From IMG/VR virus record IMGVR_UViG_3300025889_018307, positions 20,311 through 84,310 of that record: DNA of 64,000 bases; one strand, 5' to 3'. Below, one piece after another: positions 57,442-64,000 of this stretch. This DNA comes from a virus. The notes under the pieces were generated by a model. That model did no database searches and was not told the origin of the DNA. It worked only from the letters and a program-made list of their open reading frames with translations. The translations under genes were made by a program, and so were the position numbers. The stretch's first letter is position 1. The number at the start of each line of letters is the position of its first letter.

Positions 57442-59261
57442 AAAAATTATATATAATAATATTAGTCTTGCTTGGACTACAAACACAAGCACAAACTTTT
57501 GTAAGTACAACACCTGAAAATAGAAATGTTGTACTCGAAGAATTTACAGGCATATATTGCCAATTTTGTCCTGATGGACATTTAATAGCACAAGGTTTAT
57601 ATAATGCTAACCCAAATGATGTATTCTTAATTAATATACACACTGGTGGTTATGCTAATCCAAATGGACCTAATGATCCTGATTTTAACTGTTTATACGG
57701 AGCTGCAATTGCAGCTAATTCGGGTTTAGCAGGTTATCCAGCTGGTACTGTTAATAGAGCAACATTTAGTGGAATATCTCCTCAAGGTAGTCCAGGTACT
57801 ACGGCTTTAAGTAGAGGAGATTGGGCAGCAGCATCAGCTGATATTATGTCACAACCATCTTATGTTAACGTTGGAGTTCAAGCAAGTTATGATATGGTAA
57901 CAGGTATTTTAACAGTTAATACGGAAACATATTACACACAAACTACTACAAACATAAATGTGTTACATGTAGCAGTAGTACAAAATAACGTACCAGGTCC
58001 TCAAACAGGTGCTACAACATATAACCCAGGAGCAATAATAACAGGACCTTGGAACCCAACTTATAACCATCAACATATGTTTAGACATTTAATGGATGGT
58101 GCTAATGGTTTAGAATTTAATGTTACAACTGCTGGTACATTTGTTCCTAATACACATACATGGCAAATGCCTACTAATTTAGCTAGTGGTCAATCAACTA
58201 ATGGATTCTTTCCTGATTTAGATCCTACAAATTTAGATGTTGTAGCTTATATAGCTGAAGGTCCAGGTGAAATTATTACTGGTTATCAAGCTAATGTAAT
58301 ACCAATATTCCCAAATGCTTATGATGCTAATGTAACCAACTCAACTGCAGAAGATGTTATTTGTGAAAGTGAAACAGATATTTCAATTACATTTAGAAAC
58401 TATGGAAATCAGCCATTAACTTCATTAGATTTAACTTATGATATTAACGGTGGAACTCCTGCTGTGTATAATTGGACTGGTAATTTAATTTCAGGTGCAC
58501 AAGAAACAGTAATAATTAATAGTGTTACTTTTACACCACAAGCAAATAATACAGTTACTTGGGTAGCTAGTAATCCTAATGGACAAGTAGACCAAAATAC
58601 AACTAATAATTCTAGTACTTCAACATTTAAACACTTTAACTTATCTGGTGATGTAATAACAGGAATTACTGCTGGCACAATTGATGTATCTATTTTAACT
58701 GATGGGTATGGAAATGAAACTACTTGGGAAATTATAGATGAATTTGGACAGGTATATGGTTCTGGAGGACCATATTCAAATAATACTCAGTATAACGAAA
58801 TGGCATATGTAGCTATATTTCCTAGTTGTTTTGAATTAAAATTATACGATTCATATGGTGATGGAATGTGTTGTGCACAAGGTGTAGGTTCAGTGTTAGT
58901 AACTGATCAAAATAATAATATTATATTTGAAGGTGATCCTACTAATTTACAAAACTTCTCTGAAATTAGTGTTTATTTTGAAACAGGAATGGGAAGTAGT
59001 AATTCATGGGAATGTACGCCATTTGGATGTGCTGACGTAGGAATGGGTAATGGTTCGTATGCTACACAATATGATTGTGAATCAGATTCATCTAATGTAA
59101 ATACACCTTGTTTTGTTGTAACAAGTATAAATGAAATAGAATTATCTAATAGTTATAATAAAATACATGATATTTTAGGTAGAGAATATAAATCTAAAGT
59201 TGGAGAATTAAAAAAAGGTTTGTATATTATAGATAATAAAAAAATATTAATTATTGAATAA
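57438..59261 (+). CDS. Omp28-related secreted protein with CxxC, CARDB-like domain and T9SS-like C-terminal domain
   Basis: Signal peptide ..QTQA|Q, VLEEFTGIYCQFCPDGH, YNHQHMFR, C-terminus HDILGRE..KKGLYIIDNKKILI. Confidence 0.8.
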   Translation: MKKLYIIILVLLGLQTQAQTFVSTTPENRNVVLEEFTGIYCQFCPDGHLIAQGLYNANPNDVFLINIHTGGYANPNGPNDPDFNCLYGAAIAANSGLAGYPAGTVNRATFSGISPQGSPGTTALSRGDWAAASADIMSQPSYVNVGVQASYDMVTGILTVNTETYYTQTTTNINVLHVAVVQNNVPGPQTGATTYNPGAIITGPWNPTYNHQHMFRHLMDGANGLEFNVTTAGTFVPNTHTWQMPTNLASGQSTNGFFPDLDPTNLDVVAYIAEGPGEIITGYQANVIPIFPNAYDANVTNSTAEDVICESETDISITFRNYGNQPLTSLDLTYDINGGTPAVYNWTGNLISGAQETVIINSVTFTPQANNTVTWVASNPNGQVDQNTTNNSSTSTFKHFNLSGDVITGITAGTIDVSILTDGYGNETTWEIIDEFGQVYGSGGPYSNNTQYNEMAYVAIFPSCFELKLYDSYGDGMCCAQGVGSVLVTDQNNNIIFEGDPTNLQNFSEISVYFETGMGSSNSWECTPFGCADVGMGNGSYATQYDCESDSSNVNTPCFVVTSINEIELSNSYNKIHDILGREYKSKVGELKKGLYIIDNKKILIIE

Positions 59262-59262
59262 T

Positions 59263-59430
59263 ATGGTAGAATACGGTTTATTTACAAAAAATGGTAGTGA
59301 AGTTATAACTAGAAAATCATTTAATTCTTTAGATGAAGCTTATGATTGGTTTGCTCAATTAAAAAAAATGCCGTTAGATCAATTTAAAAAAGTATTTATT
59401 GTAACCAAAACATATAAAAATGAAATTTAA
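59263..59430 (+). CDS. Small hypothetical protein (55 aa) missing from the ORF track
   Basis: MVEYGLFTKNG...; tightly packed after the previous stop. Confidence 0.5.
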   Translation: MVEYGLFTKNGSEVITRKSFNSLDEAYDWFAQLKKMPLDQFKKVFIVTKTYKNEI

Positions 59431-59596
59431 ACCAGGACAGAGTAAAACACAAAAACAATATGAAGATAGCGCAAAATTCGCATGGTATGGTGTTATAGGT
59501 ATGGTAGCTTTAGTAATTATACTTACTTTATTTAGTAGTTGTGCTACTACTAAAAAAGTAGATGAGTGTTGTTCTAAAAAAGAATCTATAAAATAG
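59420..59596 (+). CDS. Small putative lipoprotein (58 aa) missing from the ORF track
   Basis: Hydrophobic stretch ending in lipobox LFSS|C, then ATTKKVDECC. Confidence 0.5.
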   Translation: MKFKPGQSKTQKQYEDSAKFAWYGVIGMVALVIILTLFSSCATTKKVDECCSKKESIK

Positions 59597-59997
59597 TGGG
59601 TGAATTATTTGAGGGTGAAGATAACATCAGAGATTTATTTAAACAGATGTTAGGAAGTGATATTATTATTAAAGATAATATTAAGGAAAGTGAGGAAAAA
59701 TTATTTATCTTATTTGTAGAGCAATTAGAAAAAGCTAAAGACTTAGAAGATAAAGTTGTTGAAATAGGATTAGATATACATCCATTAGTTGATCCTCTTT
59801 GGATAGTAATAGAAAATATGTTAAAACTCCAATTTGGGTTAGATACAACTAATCTTATTATGTTTTATTTATATGAAAGGATAGGACCTGATGGTAAAAT
59901 TATCCCATTAGTTGAGGAAGGATCAGATAAAAAATTTATATTAAAGAATCCTAAAGATCTATTTTCATATATAAAATTTAGATACTCCGATAAATAA
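59596..59997 (+). CDS. Hypothetical protein
   Basis: GTG-start ORF overlapping the previous stop. Confidence 0.6.
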   Translation: MGELFEGEDNIRDLFKQMLGSDIIIKDNIKESEEKLFILFVEQLEKAKDLEDKVVEIGLDIHPLVDPLWIVIENMLKLQFGLDTTNLIMFYLYERIGPDGKIIPLVEEGSDKKFILKNPKDLFSYIKFRYSDK

Positions 59998-60029
59998 TTT
60001 GGATATTTTAAATACTTTTCGTATATTTA
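59998..60029 (+). promoter_or_regulatory. Promoter TTTG-N20-TATATTTA
   Basis: Exact spacing with TTTTCGTATATTTA core. Confidence 0.75.
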
Positions 60030-60050
60030 TTTAATAAACATTACAGAGAT

Positions 60051-60293
60051 ATGGAAATGATAAATTGCTCCAGATGTGGAGATGATATGCCTGAATTAAG
60101 ATTATCAAAATTTGGATATGACTTTTGTATTAATTGTTCAACAGAAAGACCAAAAAAAGCAATTAATGTAACTGGGGGTAGTGGTGATCATACTTATAAT
60201 ACTATTAAAATTGTAACATCAGAACAATATGATGTTTATAAAAAACAACAAGAATTAAATAAAAAAGTTAAATTCGGAGATGCCGAAAGCTAA
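60051..60293 (+). CDS. DksA/TraR-type C4 zinc-finger protein
   Basis: CSRCGDDMPELRL....FCINC. Confidence 0.65.
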   Translation: MEMINCSRCGDDMPELRLSKFGYDFCINCSTERPKKAINVTGGSGDHTYNTIKIVTSEQYDVYKKQQELNKKVKFGDAES

Positions 60294-60903
60294 ACCTTTA
60301 AGTAAGGAACAAATTATAGCTGCAATGTCTCAAACTCTAAGTAATAGAGCTGCAGCTAGATATCTTAATGTAAGTTATATACATTATAAAAAATGGGCTA
60401 AATTATATGAGAGTAATACCCATGACAATTTATTTGAACAACATAAAAATCAGTGTGGTAAAGGTATTCCTAAATTTTTAAGAGGAAAAGGAAAAGAACC
60501 AGCATTAATAGATATAATTGAAGGTAGAGTTGATGCATCATCATTCTCCCCTGATAAAATAAAATATAGATTAATTACAGAGGGTCATTTATTAGAAGAA
60601 TGTGCTGTATGTAAATTTAATGAACGTAGGGTAAATGATTATAAAATACCTTTATTGTTAAACTTTAAAGATAATAATAAAAAAAATTATAGAAAAGAAA
60701 ATATTGAATTATTATGTTATAATCATTATTTTCTTACAGTAGGGGATATTTTTACTGATAAACAAATTAAAGGTATTGAGGATCATAAACCAGTAAACCA
60801 AGGAAGTGTTGAATGGGAATTAGATGATTATCAACTTGAACAATTAGAAAAATTAGGTTTAGGTAATAATAATGATGAAGAAGATTATATATCAAGAATA
60901 TAA
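60280..60903 (+). CDS. HTH protein with degenerate HNH-like domain
   Basis: SNRAAARYLNVS HTH; CAVC...ENIELLCYNH. Confidence 0.6.
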   Translation: MPKAKPLSKEQIIAAMSQTLSNRAAARYLNVSYIHYKKWAKLYESNTHDNLFEQHKNQCGKGIPKFLRGKGKEPALIDIIEGRVDASSFSPDKIKYRLITEGHLLEECAVCKFNERRVNDYKIPLLLNFKDNNKKNYRKENIELLCYNHYFLTVGDIFTDKQIKGIEDHKPVNQGSVEWELDDYQLEQLEKLGLGNNNDEEDYISRI

Positions 60904-61115
60904 TGAAAAAAATCGCTAGAAAGAGACACATAATTAAAACTATTACATGGAGAATAGTAGGGACTTTAGATACTATAATATTAGGATGGTTAATAAGTGG
61001 TAATCCTTTAGTAGGATTTAAGATAGGGGGTTTAGAATTAATTACAAAAATGGTATTATATTATTTCCATGAAAGAGCTTGGTACAGATATAGACCAAAT
61101 AGGAAGAAAAAATGA
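60903..61115 (+). CDS. DUF2061 membrane protein
   Basis: RHIIKTITWRIVGTLDT...YYFHERAW. Confidence 0.85.
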   Translation: MKKIARKRHIIKTITWRIVGTLDTIILGWLISGNPLVGFKIGGLELITKMVLYYFHERAWYRYRPNRKKK

Positions 61116-61267
61116 AAAATAAAAAACATAACAAGATTGTTAAAAATTATGATAAACAAAAAGAAAAACATCTTGAAAAGTTAGCTACTAAGATTTTAAA
61201 AAATGATGAAAAAGCAGAAAAATTAAAATCTAAACATATTAAAGGAGATTTTTTAACCAATTTTTAA
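61112..61267 (+). CDS. Small basic hypothetical protein (51 aa) missing from the ORF track
   Basis: ATGA overlap with the DUF2061 stop; open until 61267. Confidence 0.5.
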   Translation: MKNKKHNKIVKNYDKQKEKHLEKLATKILKNDEKAEKLKSKHIKGDFLTNF

Positions 61268-61269
61268 TT

Positions 61270-61800
61270 ATGGATTATAGAACAACAGTACCAGTTATAT
61301 TGTTAATAATGGTTTTATTTATGTTTATAAATGAAACATCAACAATAGATCAATTAAAACACCAAATTGATACTAAGGATTTAATTATAGACAGTTTAAA
61401 ACATGAAATAGACACATTACAATGGGAATATGAAATATATGACTATAATTATATAAATAATACAACTCATCTAATATCAGCTATTATGTTTGTTGAAAGT
61501 AGTTATAATAATTTAGCTTATAATGCTAGTGAAGATGCTGTAGGTTGTTTACAAATTAGAAAATGTATGGTAGATGATATTAATAGAATATTAAAAAAAC
61601 AAAATCTACCAGTAAGATATTCTTATAGTGATAGATGGTTAAGAAATAAATCAATTCAAATGTTTGATATTTACTGTAAATATTATAAACTAAATACAGC
61701 TGAAGAAATTGCTAGATGTTGGAATGGAGGACCTAATGGGATGCAAAATGAAATGACTGTGGGTTATTGGGAAAAAGTAAGTAATAAATTAGACATATGA
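61270..61800 (+). CDS. Membrane-anchored lysozyme-fold enzyme (lytic transglycosylase / i-type lysozyme-like)
   Basis: N-terminal TM, then AIMFVES..AVGCLQI..ARCWNGGP. Confidence 0.75.
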   Translation: MDYRTTVPVILLIMVLFMFINETSTIDQLKHQIDTKDLIIDSLKHEIDTLQWEYEIYDYNYINNTTHLISAIMFVESSYNNLAYNASEDAVGCLQIRKCMVDDINRILKKQNLPVRYSYSDRWLRNKSIQMFDIYCKYYKLNTAEEIARCWNGGPNGMQNEMTVGYWEKVSNKLDI

Positions 61801-61982
61801 TGGGTTCAGTAGATCATTTAAGGTATATTTTTAGTAATATGGATGGGGAATTAGCAGCTAATATTGAAGAGAATACACCTGGTGGTTTAAAAATGTTATG
61901 TAATTTATATTCACTCCAACTACAATTAGAAAAGGAACGTTATAAAACTTCACGTAGAAGCGTATTTGAATATCTCGCATAA
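61797..61982 (+). CDS. Hypothetical protein
   Basis: ORF with ATGA overlap. Confidence 0.5.
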   Translation: MMGSVDHLRYIFSNMDGELAANIEENTPGGLKMLCNLYSLQLQLEKERYKTSRRSVFEYLA

Positions 61983-61986
61983 AATA

Positions 61987-62056
61987 TTTGGATACCTGAG
62001 ATATCTTTCGTATATTTACCCTGTAAATGAGTTACGAACAAAAAATAAAGGTTATG
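61987..62056 (+). promoter_or_regulatory. Early promoter cassette (repeat copy)
   Basis: TTTGGATACCTGAGATATCTTTCGTATATTTACCCTGTAAATGAGTTAC...AAATAAAGGTTATG. Confidence 0.85.
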
Positions 62057-62221
62057 CAAGTATTAAGATTTTTTACAGATGAGTTAACAGGAGATGAATG
62101 TGCAATCGCTTGGAATGGTACAGAAGAGATTTGTATCACTGAAGATGAAGCATATGATATTATGGCTATTGAGCAAGCCAAGCAAGATGCGTATGAATTA
62201 AGATGTGAAATAGAAAGTTAA
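62054..62221 (+). CDS. Small acidic early protein
   Basis: ATG follows the AAATAAAGGTT leader. Confidence 0.55.
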   Translation: MQVLRFFTDELTGDECAIAWNGTEEICITEDEAYDIMAIEQAKQDAYELRCEIES

Positions 62222-62222
62222 T

Positions 62223-62708
62223 ATGAAATCAGTAATATATTTTCACGGATTAGAAAGTAAACCAGGTGGTATTAAGGTTGAATTTTTAGATAATGCAGCT
62301 GACATTGTTGAAGCACCTGCTATGGATTATACACAAAAAGGTGTATTTAAAGAGTGGTTAGATTATGTTAAAACTGAACAACCTGATTTAATTATAGGAT
62401 CTAGTATGGGTGGTTATTTTGCTTTAGCATTAGCTAGTCATACTGGTATTCCTGTTTTAGCATTCAACCCAGCAGTTCATAGTAGATCATTTGAAATTGA
62501 TGGTTTGACATCAGGTAAAGAAAGAGTAAAAGGTATAGTAGCTTTAGGTGCTGCTGATGATGTTGTTTCACCTGGTAAAACATTTAATATGTTAAGAGGA
62601 GATTGGAATGATCTTTACATGCATTTAGAAAATAATATAGGTCATAGAATACCACTTAGTTTTTTTATTGATATGTATAATAAAATACATGATGAAGGAT
62701 ACATTTGA
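62223..62708 (+). CDS. YqiA/YcfP-like alpha/beta hydrolase (esterase)
   Basis: YFHGLES, GSSMGG, NPA, DDVV, GH. Confidence 0.85.
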   Translation: MKSVIYFHGLESKPGGIKVEFLDNAADIVEAPAMDYTQKGVFKEWLDYVKTEQPDLIIGSSMGGYFALALASHTGIPVLAFNPAVHSRSFEIDGLTSGKERVKGIVALGAADDVVSPGKTFNMLRGDWNDLYMHLENNIGHRIPLSFFIDMYNKIHDEGYI

Positions 62709-62991
62709 TTTAAAAAAATATCTTAAGGAAGCCAAAGAAGATGAAGGTAATAGAGTACCTAGTGCTGAACTTATTTTACCTAGAGGTAAAAAAGTTGTTC
62801 TACAAGCTGAAGAAGAAGATTATAAAAGAGGATTAATTGTTGAATTAACTGAAGAAGGTGGTTATAAAATAAACTACTGGTATGGTGATGATGTAAAAAT
62901 ATACCCTGCTGAGGTAGAAGTAGATGGTGATTCTATTAAAAAAGATGCAAATGAAGTTTATATAAAATTTCATCCTGAATTAGATAAATAA
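62689..62991 (+). CDS. Putative head-internal protein with FDLKKYLKE tag
   Basis: MMKDTFDLKKYLKE; preceded by ATATGTATA at 62671. Confidence 0.55.
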   Translation: MMKDTFDLKKYLKEAKEDEGNRVPSAELILPRGKKVVLQAEEEDYKRGLIVELTEEGGYKINYWYGDDVKIYPAEVEVDGDSIKKDANEVYIKFHPELDK

Positions 62992-62992
62992 A

Positions 62993-63553
62993 ATGGATAA
63001 ATTTGATTTAAAAAAATACCTTAAGGAAGGTAAATTATATGAAGATTTACCTAAGGGTAAGTGGGTAGATTTAGATGATACTGAACAGGCAGAATATGCA
63101 GGTGATATATTTGATTTAATTAACACAGCTTATGCTTCAATAGGTGGTCATTCTAATTATAAATCTCCTGATGATATAGTTGATAGTGAAGGTGAAGCGG
63201 ATTATGAAGTAATTAATTTAGATGATGATCCAGATATTGAAGCAGTATCTGTAAGTAAGAAAAAGCCATCAGGTGATAAATTTGTAGCAACAGGGCATGA
63301 TGGTTCTAAAATAGCTAAATCCGCAGTAGTAAATCATAAAGCTGATAAATTAAAGAAAAGTGGCCATTACGTAGAAGTATCAGGTAGGATAAAAGACATA
63401 ATGTTGGGTAAAGGAGTACCTATGGTAACAGATGAAGACACAATAAAAAAAGCATTAAAAGGTAAAGAAATTGAAATGAATGATGATGGTTCATATCAAA
63501 GAAAAATTGCAGGAAAAATGTATACTAAAGTATTATTAGGAAAACCATTATAA
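62993..63553 (+). CDS. Putative head-internal protein with FDLKKYLKE tag and a globular cargo domain
   Basis: MDKFDLKKYLKEGKLYE, then AYASIGG...YQRKIAGK domain. Confidence 0.6.
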   Translation: MDKFDLKKYLKEGKLYEDLPKGKWVDLDDTEQAEYAGDIFDLINTAYASIGGHSNYKSPDDIVDSEGEADYEVINLDDDPDIEAVSVSKKKPSGDKFVATGHDGSKIAKSAVVNHKADKLKKSGHYVEVSGRIKDIMLGKGVPMVTDEDTIKKALKGKEIEMNDDGSYQRKIAGKMYTKVLLGKPL

Positions 63554-63554
63554 A

Positions 63555-63716
63555 ATGAATGAAGAAACCAAAAACCAAGTCATAGAATACGTTTACAACA
63601 ACTATAAATCATACAAAAATAAAGAATTAATAGTTGAAGAATTTGATAATTGTTTTCGTATTAAAATAAATAAAGATGAATCACCTTTAATATTAGGTAA
63701 AGGAATAATTAAATAA
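63555..63716 (+). CDS. Small hypothetical protein (53 aa)
   Basis: Open frame packed between neighbours. Confidence 0.5.
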   Translation: MNEETKNQVIEYVYNNYKSYKNKELIVEEFDNCFRIKINKDESPLILGKGIIK

Positions 63717-63719
63717 GTT

Positions 63720-63845
63720 ATGAATAAAGACGAGTTATATAGAAAATTAAGACAAATACAAGAATTACTTGATGAAGATGTACGTGAAGCTAAACGTGAA
63801 TTAGAATATTTAATTCAAGAAGTACACGGTCTAACAACAAGATAA
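63720..63845 (+). CDS. Small hypothetical protein (41 aa)
   Basis: MNKDELYRKLRQIQELL...; open frame. Confidence 0.45.
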   Translation: MNKDELYRKLRQIQELLDEDVREAKRELEYLIQEVHGLTTR

Positions 63846-63862
63846 AGACTCCCGCGAAAATA

Positions 63863-63945
63863 TTTGGTTCCCCGAAGGAGCCTTCGTATATTTACAACGT
63901 AAATAAGGCGCAGAGCCGGAAAACAAAATTAAAATAAAGGTTATG
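63863..63945 (+). promoter_or_regulatory. Early promoter TTTG-N20-TATATTTA with AAATAAAGGTTATG leader
   Basis: Exact spacing; internal dyad CGAAGG-AG-CCTTCG; leader shared with the other cassettes; next ORF starts at 63943 and runs off the window. Confidence 0.8.
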
Positions 63946-64000
63946 AATTTAAAAAACAATCACAAAGAAATTTATCAAAGATTATCAAATGAAGATACAG

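Noticed and set aside
2644-58678. All minus-strand ORFs in the track (e.g. 34268-34807, 30942-31298, 18827-19084)
   Set aside because: They are antisense shadows of well-supported + strand genes, with no motifs or expression signals.
39693-59261. Bacterial chromosome or prophage-host junction
   Set aside because: Phage-type promoter motifs, same-strand packing and phage genes continue on both sides; no integrase, flippase or housekeeping operon is present.
60280-60903. Active HNH homing endonuclease or mobile intron
   Set aside because: The catalytic His region appears degenerate (LLLNFKD) and no interrupted gene flanks it.
19626-62053. ORF-track N-terminal extensions at 19626, 22773 and 62027 (the last two share MSYxQ)
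   Set aside because: They are translations of the repeated promoter cassette; true starts follow the AAATAAAGGTT leader.
1-64000. Alternative genetic code or stop-codon recoding
   Set aside because: Genes are full length and tightly packed under code 11, and TAA, TAG and TGA all act as stops.

Overview
A 64 kb, very AT-rich fragment of a large lytic dsDNA phage with a T4-like replisome. The host is most likely a marine Bacteroidota/Flavobacteriia, judged from TTTG-N20-TATATT promoters, A-rich leaders without Shine-Dalgarno sites, T9SS cargo proteins and DUF2452/DUF2061 genes. All credible genes are on the + strand. In order: (1) replication and nucleotide genes (divergent PolA C-terminus, gp32-like SSB, RecA/UvsX, 5'-3' exonuclease, DnaB, NrdB/NrdA); (2) an envelope/surface operon with a beta-barrel OMP, an exported thioredoxin fold and a 997-aa repeat protein with a T9SS C-terminal domain; (3) putative head-internal proteins sharing an N-terminal FDLKK(Y/F)xxE tag; (4) a strongly structured intergenic element before a small OMP operon; (5) DNA ligase and UvsE; (6) a 7-deazaguanine DNA-modification cluster (DpdA/TGT-like, QueC, QueD, QueE, FolE, PRTase, NTP pyrophosphohydrolase) containing tRNA-Gln and abutting a split PolB and the clamp; (7) Hsp20/GroES/GroEL and clamp loader; (8) a ~17 kb, 20-gene glycan biosynthesis island; (9) a second T9SS-type Omp28 protein and small early genes behind repeated promoter cassettes. 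Best leads: phage-encoded T9SS/OMP surface display, a possible pre-replicative deazaguanine pathway, a capsid-targeting tag family, an inverted repeat bracketing hsp20, the 18.7 kb structured element and the glycan island. All calls come from motif recognition by eye; no database searches were run.
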